Assembly (NCBI GenBank): GCA_013239625.1
Contig: MU053994.1
Coordinates: forward strand, 3,887,434-3,951,433
Length of the DNA: 64,000 bases
Source of the DNA: Lama guanicoe
Taxonomy: Eukaryota
Reading direction: 5' to 3'
This document shows positions 1 through 12,474 of the stretch, piece after piece; position 1 is the stretch's first letter; each line of letters opens with the position of its first letter. The notes beneath the pieces were generated by a model. That model had not been told where the DNA came from, searched no databases, and was given only the letters and a program-made list of their open reading frames with translations. The translations under genes were made by a program, and so were the position numbers.

Positions 1-53
1 GAAAATTTAAAATTACAGATGTGGCTAATGTCCTTTTTCTATTGGACAGTACT
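1..53. mobile_element. Terminal fragment of MER33/MER3-like hAT-Charlie MITE
   Basis: aaaatttaaaattacagatgtggct...tttctattggacag resembles the MER33 terminus; cut by the window edge. Confidence 0.55.
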
Positions 54-1014
54 TCTTTAAGGAGAAGCACCCGGTTCCCGAAGGGTTGCTCCCTTTTCAG
101 CCTTTGCCAAATGATTCTCTCCCCGCTAGGCCAGTTCTAACAAGTCAAATAATGCAGATTTCATAATTGGAAGGAAGGCTGCAAGTCATTTGGAAATTAG
201 GTGATGAAACTGCAACAGGATCATAACTCTTGCATGACAATGTGCTTTTCTGAGCCTTTCTTATTCCAAATGGAATAGTTACTGCTCTGTTCTCTCCTCT
301 AGCTAATTTACATCTTATTTTCTTTCTGTCAGAAGTGTCATTTCCTGTGACTGATGAAACCATCTTTGCTAAGTGCAAAAACAAGGCCACCACGTTATTC
401 AAACTGTATTCACTACAGATACTTTCATCCTCTGGATGGGGAAGAATTCATACAGTTGCTGGGAAACCCTTTAAAAAAAATCACGATGGTTACTTTCAGA
501 AATTGAAATCAAGACTGTAGGAACAAAAAATATTATTACCCCTACAAATATGAGAAAATTGAGACACTATCGGGCAGAACAGTTTCTTTAATCCTAGGTC
601 ATGTCTATACATGGCCTCTGAATTTGCCATTTTTTGACTTAAGTGTTTTAGGGTCAACTTAATGATGGGGTATCTACACAATTAATTAGATTGAAAATGC
701 AATAGAGTTAATACACTTAGAGTTGATTCAGTTTTTAAAGGTGATTTTATAAGGCTATAGCCTTCATTTTATGAACGCATTTAAGTCAGTGACAGCAATG
801 TTAGAACTTTATAATTATTATTACCTGAAAATAAGGAAGTTATGTTAACCGAAAGGAAACAGACCTTTCCTCTTTAAGAGGCAACTGGGACCAACTACAT
901 GGTTTTATATACTCCCATGATGCCTTTTTCCTGCTTTTCTTGAGTTCCTTGTTAAGTTATCTTCATTGAATTTATTAAAATATCAATAGTTCAGACTTGT
1001 GTATTATTTTGTAT

Positions 1015-1902
1015 TATTTTAAGCTGCATATAGTAAAATTCACCTTTTAATTTTAACACATGCATAGATTTTGGTAACCACCACTAACAGGATGTAGAAC
1101 AGCTCCAACACCCCCCAAAATTTCCTTTTGCTACCTCTTTGCATTCAAACACTTCTCCTATCCACAATCCCTGGCAACCACTGAGGGTTTCTATGTTCCT
1201 ATAATTTTGCCTTTTAGAGAATACCATATAAATGGAATCATCCGATGTGTAACCTTTTGAGACTGATTTCTTTTAATTAGCATAATGTATTTGAGGATTC
1301 ATTCATGTTGTTGCAGCTATCAATAGTTTGTTCTGTTTTATTGCTGACAACAACAATATGTTTATCCATTCACTTAATGAAGGATACTTGGGTTACTTCC
1401 AGATTTTGGCGACTAGGGATAATGCTGCTTTAAATGTTCAAGTACAGGTGTTTGTGTGAACATTAAGTTTCATTTCTCTAGAGTAAATACCTAGGAGCAA
1501 GAATGCTGGGTCATATGGTAAGTGTATATTTAAATTTATAAGAATTTGCCAAACTTTTCTGGAGTAGCTGTGCCATTTGGCATTCCTACCAGCAACATGT
1601 GAGAGTTTCGTTGCTTTGTAGTTTCGCTAGCACTAGGTATCATCAGTATTTTTTATTTTAGCCACTCTAATAGGAGTATAATGGTGTCCATTGCAGTTTT
1701 AATTTTCAGATCTTTAATAAATAATGGTGTTGAGGATCTATTCATAAGTTTACTTGCCATCCATGTATTTTCTTTGGTGAAATTCTATTCAAATCTTTTG
1801 CCCAGTTTTAAAAATTCAGTTGTTTATTTTCTTACAGAGTTTTGAGGTATAACTCTTTTGTCAAATATGTGACTTCCAAATATTTCTCTCAGTCTGTGGC
1901 AA
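1015..1902 (-). mobile_element. Old L1M (L1MB/MC-like) ORF2 end and 3'UTR
   Basis: Antisense L1M motifs ccctggcaaccact, catataaatggaatcat, attcattcatgttgttgca, gctgggtcatatggtaag, cattcctaccagcaa. Confidence 0.85.
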
Positions 1903-2837
1903 TTAAAGAAGAAAAAAATGAATAAAAATGGCTATTTGTGACAGTTGGATCTGGTTTCTTCTAAACATTTTCCATTGGGAAAAGCATCACAGCCAATGAA
2001 TGGGGAAAAATCAGTTTAGAGAAATTCACAGAAGAGAAAACCCAGGGAAAATTGGTCAACTGAGATATCTTTTGGCCAAGAGAAGCCAAATTGGGGGAAT
2101 CAACCTGAGTCCTAGACAGAGAAGGAGCCTGAAGAGAAATTTTCAGGTTTGGGCAGAGAATATAAGGGAAAGATGGAGAAGAAGGACTGATAAACCAAGG
2201 CCTAAATATAATCTAGGGATTGAGGCTAGAGTGGAACTGGCTGAAATACCTGTGAAATTACTTACAAAATAAAAACCAAGATTAATAAGTTAAGCTATAT
2301 CAATCTAGTTCAATTTAATGGGACTCTGTACTTGTTTGTTCCCTCACATACATCATCTTGTATACCATGAATGGCCATGCAGGTTGTACATCACACAACT
2401 CCACAAGGCACCTACTCATATATATATATCATCCCTGAAGTTATGTACAGCTATAAGTGATAGCCCTTCTTATATCCCTAAGATTTTGTCACTAAGCAGG
2501 AAAATGGTGCCTTTTCTAAACGACTGAGTATGTACTATGATGGAAAGTCAGTAGTGGAGGGAGAGTAGTGGAAGGTAAAGTGGAAAAGCCTTAGTGTAAA
2601 TTAATTTTAAGATATGTATGGAAATCTAGAAATGGTGAGAACTCATAACTTGGACTCATGAAATTCCCTACTACCACAACCTTCAGTATTTCCATCACTC
2701 TACAGAACTGGTGGAAACATTTGGCCAGGGGACAAGGCCCAGCAAATATACAGTCTTTATTACTGTTATTCTAGTATAATTCCTGGTTAGCCAAATTGAG
2801 TGACATGGAAGATCCTTTTTTTGAGGCCTAAACTTTT

Positions 2838-2914
2838 ATTTTAAAAAAATTTTTAAGTTGAAGTATAGTTAGTTTATAATGTTTCAATTTCTGGTGTACA
2901 GCATAATAGTTCAG

Positions 2915-2964
<50 letters not shown>

Positions 2965-4097
2965 TACACATATACGTACACATATATTCCTTTTCATATT
3001 CTTTTTCATTATAGGTTACTACAAGATATTGAATACAGTTCCCTGTGCTATACAGTATAAAGCAATCTGTTTTATATATAGTACATAGTATCTGCATATT
3101 TTGAACTCCCAATTTATCCCTTCCCACTCCCTTTCCCCCTGGTAACCATAAGTTTGTTTTCTATGCCTGTGGATCTGTTTTTGTTTTGTAAAATAAGTTC
3201 ATTTGTGTCTTTGTAGATTCTACATATAAGTGATATCAGATGATATTTTTCTTTCTCTTTCTGGCTTATTTCACTTAGAATACTAATCTCCAGGTCCATC
3301 CCTGTTACAGCAAATGGGATTATTTTATTTTTTATGGTTGAGTAGTATTCCATTATATAAATATACCATAGCTTCTTTATCCAATCATCTATTGATAGAC
3401 ATTTAGGTTGTTTCCATGTCTTGGCTATTGTAAATAGTGCTGCTATGAACATTGGGGTGCATGCATTTTTTCGAATTAGAGTTCCCTCTGGATATATGCC
3501 CAGGAGTGGGATTGTTGGATTATAGGGTAAGTCTGTTTTTAGTTTTTTGAAGAATCTCCATACTGTTTTCCATAATGGTTGCACCAAACTACATTCCCAC
3601 CAACAGTGTAGGAGGGTTCCCTTTTCTCTATACCCTCTCCAGCATTTATCATTTGTGGACTTTTTAATGATGGCCATTCTGAGTGGAACTTCCTAGAAGA
3701 AAACATAGGCAAAACAGTTTCTGGCATAAATCTTAGCAATGGATCTCCTAGGGCAGTCTACTCAGGTGAGAGAAATAAAAGCAAAAATAAATAAATGGGA
3801 CCTAATTAAACTTACAAACTTTTGCACAAATGAAACCATAAACAAAATAAAAAGACAGCCTACATAATGGGAGAAAATATTTGCAAATGATATAACTGAC
3901 AAGGGCTCAATTTCCAGAATATATGTAAACAGCTCATACAACTTAATAACAAAAAACACAAACAGCCCAATCCAAAAATGGGTAGAAGACCTAAACAAGC
4001 AACTCTCCAATGAAGACATATAAATGGTCAATGGGCACATGAAGAAATGCTCAATATCGTGTCAAAACTACATTGAGGTATCACCTCACACCAGTCA
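2838..4097 (-). mobile_element. Lineage-specific L1, 5'-truncated with 5' inversion
   Basis: Minus part ~2838-3682 (ORF 3114-3677 = ORF2 C-terminus, KCWRG...LLHCWWEC, then 3'UTR); plus part ~3684-4097; TSD gaggcctaaactttt at 2823-2837 and 4098-4112. Confidence 0.95.
2915..2987. repeat. Compound (TA)n(CA)n microsatellite in L1 3'UTR
   Basis: Directly visible. Confidence 0.95.
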
Positions 4098-4521
4098 GAG
4101 GCCTAAACTTTTAAACTATTCTTTCTCATCCTTCTGTGCTAAAACCCAAATCTTTCCAATTTCACCATGTCAATTGCCCATTCTTGTAAAAAGTAGACTC
4201 AAAGCAAGGAAGGTGGAAGGTATATTAGAAATTAATGGTCCTGTGGAATGGTGTGAAAAGTCTTATATGAAGCATGTTTCTCAAAATTCAATCCTCTATA
4301 AATATACAGGTCACCCTGCAATTTTGCCAAAAAGGTATATTCTTAGCAAGTAGTGTCATTAGATGTCATATGGCTACCAAGCACTGCAAAGGCATGTTCT
4401 TGAGAGACTACTTCTGTCCTGAAAAATAATTTAAAAGGATCTTTTGATTTTGTCAAAATAAACATTTGCAAATCACTTAGAGGAACCCAGAAAGTTAATT
4501 TATATATTATAAAATAGTCTG

Positions 4522-5247
4522 TTACTTACCCTTTGACCTGGGAATTTCACTCCTAGGTATTTACCCAAGAGAAATGAAAGCACATGTTCATGCACAAAAT
4601 ATTTGTAATAATGTTCATAACAGCCTTATTTATAATACACCAAAACCTTAAAACAACTTAAATGTCCAAATTTATCAGAGCAGATAAATAAATTGTGGTA
4701 TTGTGATATATTCATACAATGGAATACTAGTAAGCCCCAAAAAAGAACTACTGGTATATATATATATATCATCATGGATGAATCTCATAAACATGCTGAG
4801 TGAAAGATCCCAGACACACAAAAAATAATAACAGCATATACTACATGATTCTATTTATGAAGATCTAGAATAGGCAAAACTAAGCTATGATGTGAAAAAA
4901 AAACAAACAAAAAATGGTTGTCTTTGGCTTGGGGGTGTAAATTAACCAGTAATGGACATGAGGGAACTTTCTGAGATGATGAAAATGTTCTATATCTGGA
5001 TAAGGAATGTGGGTTACAGAGGCATATGTGTTTGTTCAAATTACAGTTAAGATTTTTGCTTTCAAATTTATGTAAATGTTAACTCTATAAAAAACTATAT
5101 ATGAATAATCATTGTGTGGGTAATAGAAAGATGTGCAAGAGGAAACAAGAATGACAGAATGTGGCAGTTGTTGAGGCTGGATGATGGCTAAGTGAGGATT
5201 ATTACACCAATCTGTTTATTGGACATTCTCCATGATAAAAAGTTAAA
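4522..5247 (+). mobile_element. Old L1M (L1MC/ME-like) 3' region
   Basis: tttcactcctaggtatttacccaagagaaatgaaa, atggatgaatctc, gagggaactttctgagatgatgaaaatgttctatatct. Confidence 0.85.
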
Positions 5248-5924
5248 GGTTAATCTGGAGGTCTCTGAATCTGATCAGTTTTTGGTTTACATAATTTTTT
5301 TGTTGATCCACTTCAAATTTTGATGTTTCAATATGAATTTGAGGAGAAAAGAGTATCATTAATTCATAAATCCCAAAGTAATTGTTTATAAATTCCATCA
5401 GTGCTAGGCTTATATACTAGCCTTCAGTTTTCATTCATTACCTCCTTCATAAAATTGATTTTTAAGAACCAAATAATTTAATACTTGAAAGGATCTGAGG
5501 ACATTGTTAAAGTTTCTATTAGGAGTTGGGGGACATTTCTTGCTCTGAATAATAGCCAGACTGTTTGATATCCACATTTTGCAATTAGTCATGACTAATA
5601 TGGTGATCACTCAGAGAGAGTTAGATAGTTATGGTTAACAGTTTGCATTGGGTACAGTTTCTTCAGGTTCACCCTAGTATCTGCCCATAGTAGACAATAA
5701 AATATTTATTGACTGGATAGCTACTAGACAAGAGGAATGTTCAGACACTGTGGCTACCATAGGTTTCCAAATAGTCAATAAACTTGATTTCCCATTTACC
5801 TTACAAGAGGATGTTCTCAACTAAACTGTGTAGCTTACATCCCCACTCCCACTCAGGCCCATGGGCTGTGATATTTCAACAGCCATTTGTTGAGTATTGA
5901 ATAAAATACATGTGAACATTTACC

Positions 5925-6065
5925 AACTGTGTGAATTATTTAACTACTTCTTAGCTCAGTTTCCTCATTTGTAAAATGGAAATAATACTAGAACTTATGT
6001 TATAGGTATCTTGTAAGAATCAATATGTGTACAGTTTTTAGAATAGTGCTTAAGACATAGTAGTA
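5925..6065 (+). mobile_element. MIR SINE
   Basis: Core ctcagtttcctcatttgtaaaatgga. Confidence 0.8.
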
Positions 6066-9018
6066 TGAGAGTGATGATGATGATTTACCATGATTAGTGC
6101 TGATCTGTGCGGTTTCTTTCATCTGAGAGCTCTTACTGCCTGAATTAAGGCTCATGTTCCCTTCTAGTGTCCAGGGAACCTGGTGTCTTCTGGTTGTGTG
6201 GAGCTGGCTTTAGCAATTTCCTGATATGATATCACTGCCACCTGCTCCTATATTTCTGTTCCTCTTTGGTCCTTGGACCAACAGTCCCACTTCTCTGCCT
6301 TATGCCACAAGTGTGTTTTTTTTGGAGCCTGCTAAGGGCTGCAAACTTTGGAGGGGAATCTGGGAAAAAAGTGATGATTTCTAATAGAAGAGACTTTGAG
6401 GAAGCTGGATAATCACTCTATCCACCTCAGGGGCACTTAAACCCCATGAAGTTTACCAAAACACACACTACCAATTATGCAAAACACAACTGCTAAGATT
6501 CATTAGGTAGAGAGGGACTCACTCTTATGTCAAGGAGACCCTGTAGATAATAAAAAGATGTGGCTCTTTTATACCCATCAATCATGACCTCAGAGGCAGA
6601 GAGACTCAGATAATATGAGGCTTCTTCCAGAACAAAGAGCCTTATTTACATTGTTCAAATTTAGGGTAAGGGTTAAGGTTAGGTAATCCCGTGGTTGTCT
6701 GTGGTGTGGGTCCCTGACTGATGATTTCTATAGCCTCTCTAGGTGTCAGAGTAGCTTGGCTCACAATAGAGGCCTCAACCTTTGGTTTCCTGTGACAAAA
6801 TTTGCCTGTAGTGACCACATTCTTAATCAGGAGCTCACCCATTCCCATAGTAAATTCAGCTTGAACCTGAACCATACCTCAGCAGCCACACCCAGGCTAG
6901 CCTTGTCAGCCCATGAAGACTGGGGTTATCCATGTGGATGGAGACTTCCACATCCATAGGTCAGGGCTTCCCAGATCCTGATGAGTCTGGATTCCAAGAG
7001 CTTCCTCTGGCTTCCTCTGCCAGAGTGGCCCCCAAGTATGGGTAATTCTCTTGCTTGTAAATGAGAACCCAAGCTTCCAGTGTCCTTTCTTGCTTCTCAG
7101 AATCATCTCTCCTCTGAGCCAGTTGCTTTTCGAATTATAGTAGCATTCATATTTTAGTTTATCTTTATATGTTATTCATGATTGCAGCTTCCCTGTTATG
7201 GTCTGTCTCCCTTTATCGTTCTTTATCCAGTTCATGGAATTTTCAAAGATGAGTTAAAAATCTTTTCATAGGAAGGTCAAGTTAAAAACCAGCTAAAGTG
7301 AATACAATAAAAGATACACTAGATGGTCTTAGGCAGATATATATTACTAATTCTATAAAGTTGATATGCATGAATTGCTGATATGCAGTTTAAAGGAGAG
7401 TGCATGTTTATGAGCTTCTTGCTATTGTTATTATTAACATTATTTTCTTGTAAAAGTAGGAACCTGATTGGCTACTCTATGATTTCTGAGGTTCCTTTGG
7501 AATAGAAGTTACTTGATGTTGTCAATAATTGTATCTAGACCTTATGGAAAACTCTGTTTCACACACGCCATACTCCTTCTCATCCTACCTGTCCTAGGTT
7601 CGATTTTCTCTATTTGGTTTCTCTTATTCAACACTTATAGAATGGACAGCTTCAACTGGTAGCAAAGAGACTGAGAAACATCTGGAGAGGTGTGAAGAAT
7701 TACTAAGCATAAGGTTGCTGAGCACCTTCCCTCTCTATGTTCCCACCAATGGTTAGCAAGTTGGCTGGCCAGAAAAGAAAGGGTCAGCTTTACAGAAAGT
7801 TCCTGACTCATCCCCTTTTGCTTTGCAGATGACTTGTACTTACAAATAGATGACAGATATACCTGGAGCCCCTTTACCCTGGCAGGCAATGAATAATCTA
7901 GAGGGGTGCATATAAATCTTATGAGGATGATGAGGGTTAACAAGATATTAGTGCCAAGACTAATAGGAAAAGTCAGCCCCTTTTCCTACTCCATTACTTA
8001 CTAAATGAGAGATGTGTTTCCAGGGATCTCACCAGCAATTAGAATGCACTTACCCTTAGCACTGTTTCAACAACTATTAACCTCAATAGACTTCGTTGTT
8101 TCTGTTAGTAGTTGTAACTCACATTATGTACTCTACAAACATGGCGTAAATGACATATCCCTTGTATATTTCCACGTAACTGCTCAAGACTACATTCCTT
8201 TGAAATCCAGTTTCTTTCTCTCACTCTCTTTTTCTTCATCTCCTCCTCACACCACCCCACCTCAACCCAAATACTCTGGGAATGCAAGGGCTTACACGGT
8301 CCAAGTGGGAGTCAGCCTGGCTTTCACACCTAAGTAGAGAAAGAGCTGGGCCTGATCAGTCTGCTACCACCTGTGGTTCTGGAAGCTAGAGCATGTTGTC
8401 AAACACATCCTCCACAGTCCATTGGGGATGCTTGTCCCCTTATGCAATGAAGCCTTGATGATCAGATTCTAGAAATGGATACCTGGTCCTTTCTGGGGAG
8501 ACCATGCCATTACCACAATGTGGGGCCAAACAAGTGCACCCTATGGTAATTGTTCACACTTCACACACATTTATAATCCTGCCCTCCCCAAGGTTTAAAT
8601 TGACCCCTAGAGGGTTAATACTGGTTTGGCCATCCATCACCTAATGAAGACTGTACTGCCATTCCATTTTGTTCCTTGGGGAATCTAGTCTGAAAGTTGG
8701 GTGCCTTTTACTATTAAGCTTTCAAAACACAATATATATGATAATACCTATTTTCTCTAGGTATGATGGCCTCTGATCTCCTGGATACCTCCTAAGGGGA
8801 GGATACCACCTATGGGGACACCAAAGTGATTTTTGACTTTTGCTAGAGAAAGGGAAAAAACTCCTTCAAATCCCCACTGCATAGTATAATTCAGTGTACA
8901 TGGGTTAAAAATAGACTTTTGTGGTCTAACATAGTGATCTAACTTGTGCATATAATATTGTATTTGTCAATAAATATATTAAGGTCCAAATAATTACATA
9001 TATCACATAGAAATGTAG

Positions 9019-9473
9019 TGTTTTAGTTTCCTTGTGGCTGCTGCAACAAATTGCCACAATCTTGGTGGTTCAAAACAACAGCAATGTATTCTCTTACATT
9101 TCTGGAAGCCAGAGTTTCAAAATCAGTTTTACTGGTCTGAAATCAAAGTGCCAGCAGGGCCAGCTTGAGGCTCTAGAGGCTCTGGAGAAGAATTTATTCT
9201 GGCTTCTGGTGGCTGCCTGCCTGCCTTGTCTTGTGACCTCATCACTGCATTCTCTACCTTTGTGGTCACATTGTCTTCTCCTTTTTCATGTGTGTCAAAT
9301 TTCCCTCTGATTTCCTCTTAAAAAGATGCTTGAGGATAATCTGGGAAAATCTCCCCATCTCAAGATCTAAAACAATCATATCTGCAAAATCTTTGCCATA
9401 AAAAGTAATATTCATAGGTTCTGGGGATTAGGATGTGGACCTACCTTTTGGGTCCATTACTTAGCCTACCACA
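9019..9473 (-). mobile_element. MLT1 (B/C-like) MaLR solo LTR
   Basis: tgttttagtttccttgtggctgctgcaacaaattgccac...ggggattaggatgtggac...cctaccaca. Confidence 0.85.
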
Positions 9474-10597
9474 CATACCTAATTTAAATTTAAGATTGAC
9501 TATGTAATATGGATATCCTAATTACCTTTTCCTTATTCATAGAAGCTCATGAAACTAAGAATTATTTAACATATAAATAGCAACTGACTGGACAATGTAA
9601 GTAAAGAATGAAATGTCATTATTCAATAAAATGATGTTAGTAACTCTACAATATGCTTCTAAGACAGATAAGCTTGATCAGTTCTAAGCACTTGTAAACA
9701 CTGAAAGGAATTGCATGAGCATCTTGGTACTTCTGGGAATAATTTGGCCATAAAAAAAGACAGCAACACAATAAACCAATAGAAAAACTCACAAAGTGTT
9801 TAGTAAAAGAAACATTGCTATATACTGGTTACCCACTTTCTCTCTGGTTTAAATTCAAGCACTGTGGAAATATGTTAAATAAGCTCATTTAGCATACTTG
9901 GTTTATAAAAATGCCTTTTGTCAGTTTGATGCAAACTGCATTGGGGGAAATAAACAATAAAATCTAGAATTAATGTTTCAAATTGCAATTGCTGGAAGCA
10001 GGGAAGGACAGTGAAAAACCTCAAATAGAAATGACACTGAAAAATAAATCCTTGAGTGACTTCCAGCCTGTCTGATATCTATTTCCCAAAGCACAGAGCA
10101 TTTGTTGTCTCTCATCTGAAATAGATGGTTTTGTCTTGCTGGAGCTTACACATATGTACATTTGTTTATTCTCTGAAGGTGATTCTTCATCATAAGGTAT
10201 TGGAAACAGATTCTCTAGGGAAAACATCTGCTCAGCTATAATGCTAGCATCTGCCAAGTTAGGTGTGCTAAGAACAAAAGAACTTTATCTTAGCAGTTCA
10301 GGGACCTCAAATCTACAAGCTAACATAATCCCAAAGACAGATGAGCTGCATCTTTCCTCCATCGCTCCTGCACATAGCCTGGCTGTGGTCATGCCAGGCA
10401 CAGAACACACAGTGAGATGGCGTTGGTCCCGGCATCGGGAGTCAGTTCTGGAGGCAGAGGCCATTTGATCCACTTAGAAAAAGGGCCTCAGACCAAACTA
10501 GACAGTGGGTCTGCTTCAACATTTCTTTAGGGTTTCCCTGTTGCTTGAGGAGGGCTTGATGTTTATGGATCAGAGGGCTTAGGTCTGGCACAGTGTG

Positions 10598-10765
10598 AGA
10601 GAGGTGTGGTGTAGTGGATAGGAGTGTGAGCACTGCAGCCAGATTGCCATGGTTCAGGTGCTTGGCTCTGCCACTGTGTTACTCTGGAATCACAAGTTAA
10701 TACCGAGAAAGTGACTTAACCTGTCTGAGTCTCTATCTCCTCATCTGTAAAATAGACATAATTAT
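10598..10765 (+). mobile_element. MIR SINE
   Basis: ggtgtagtggataggagt...gtgacttaacctgtctgagtctc...ctcatctgtaaaat. Confidence 0.8.
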
Positions 10766-11288
10766 TTCAGAATTGGACAGAAGTGAGCAAGAAGTATAAA
10801 GGCACAATATGCAATTTGGAAATCTGTGTTCTTAGAGCTGTTTAGGATGAATAGCAAAATAGTTCATACTGTCCTAGTTAAACCTAAGTAACAACTATCC
10901 CTTTGATAAGAGTTCCCATGGGAGATGGCTCTGAGCCTCCAAAGGATTTTAATCTGCCCACATCCCTACTTTATCCCAACTCTCTTTACTCCAACGGAAT
11001 CTGGGGGCTTTTGTCACCTTCATCTGTGCTTCCTGCCATAGGGATGGTGAACAACTTGAGTACTTCTTGGAATTTGCAGAGGATTTACAAGACCTGAACT
11101 GATGGAGCTTCAGTTCCCACTCCATTGTCATTCCACAAATGTTTTCTGAGTGTTTCTGAAAGGCAGGGCTGTTTGGTGCTGAGTAAGACTTTGGTGCTAG
11201 CAAAAGCAATTTTTGGTTCTAAAATCTGTTAACTGTCCTGTTGCTCTTGATCAACTCTTACCTGATTATGCATTAAGAATTTAACTCT

Positions 11289-11432
11289 GGAGGGGGAAAG
11301 TATAGCTCAGTGGTAGAGTACACAGCCAGCATGCACAAGGTCCTTGGTTCAATCCCCAGTACCTCCATTTAAAAATTAAATAGATAAATAAACCTAATGA
11401 CCCTCCCCCCTGAAAAAAAAACCCATATATAA
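11289..11432 (+). mobile_element. tRNA-derived SINE, camelid Vic-1-like
   Basis: Pol III A box tagctcagtgg (11303-11313), B box ggttcaatccc (11346-11356), A-rich tail, TSD aagaatttaact (11275-11286) / aaaaatttaact (11433-11444). Confidence 0.85.
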
Positions 11433-12194
11433 AAAAATTTAACTGCTAACAGCTTCCTTTGCTCCTTCTTCTCCCTTGTTTCTGCATCCACTGTAATGCA
11501 GATCCACATTGTTGTCATTCCTGGAGGCCAAAGGAGATGCCAACTTAGAAACTTAAAAAGTTGAAATGAGATTTCTGTTTGAGAGTTAAACTTTAAAGGT
11601 CATATGCAATAGATCAGAGGGGATAATTAGTTCCTTAGAGAGGCAGCATGGCTCCCAGACCAGCAGGGCTGGACAGCAAACAGAATTGCTCTGTTAACAT
11701 GTATGAAGAACAAAACAGCCTGGATAGTGATGGAAAGGGAGTCTCACCCCATCAGGATCCTTCCAAGCATACTATAGTAGAGAAGGTATCTGGGCCAACT
11801 GGAGTGGCAGATAGAGCATCCTTGGCAAGATTCCCTGTGCTGGGTGAGGAAGCTCAGGCTACTTCTGCTGAGGAATATGTCTCAGGGTCACCTAAAATTC
11901 TCTTGCATTGAATCCGTAGTCATCAAGACCTCTGGTCTCCCATACACAGAGGAAATGTGCTATCTTCTGTTACTCTTGACATTTGTATTTCTCATGGTAA
12001 ATGGATGAATCAGCATTTTGTTTGGTCAATCATTTTGGTTCCAAGAGCTTGATGAGTATGAGGATGCATCTTAGAATGGGGGCCATGACCAATGTCCATA
12101 CAAATGAGGTTCCTGGGTTTGGTACCTAAGGCCTAGGCCTTGTTTGATGACACTATTGCCCAGTGCTTGTTAACTATGACAAAAAAAATAATAA

Positions 12195-12365
12195 CCTCTT
12201 GCCTAGATTGTGACATCACTTTCCTAATTTTCCTAATTTCCTGTTTTCCTCTTTGTTGTTTCTTTTCCATCTAGTCCACCCTGTACCTAACTGCAAATGC
12301 TTTTTCTCCCAATTTTCATTTTATCATGTCACCTACTTAAGAAACTACAATGGCTATCTATTGCT
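12195..12365 (+). mobile_element. L2 fragment
   Basis: tcttgcctagattg...atcatgtcacctacttaagaaactacaatggct resembles the L2 3' region. Confidence 0.55.
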
Positions 12366-12474
12366 CTCCAAAAGAATTTGAAGGGGCATGTAAAAGATCC
12401 CTACCAAAGAATGTTTCATCCCATCCTGACTGCCAAACTACCAGAAATGTTACCATCAGAGCCTTTTAGGTTAA

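Noticed and set aside
2828..3127. ORFs with YIYI/THTH/CVCV runs (also 57940-58137, 28329-28757, 61213-61413)
   Set aside because: Translations of microsatellites, mostly inside L1 3'UTRs
7635..7943. Minus ORF resembling Gypsy gag (VKLTLSFL...NHWW)
   Set aside because: Single weak motif with no supporting protease, RT or LTR in the expected order
11289..11370. tRNA gene
   Set aside because: Has A/B boxes but also an A-rich tail and TSD, and no convincing acceptor stem, so it is a SINE
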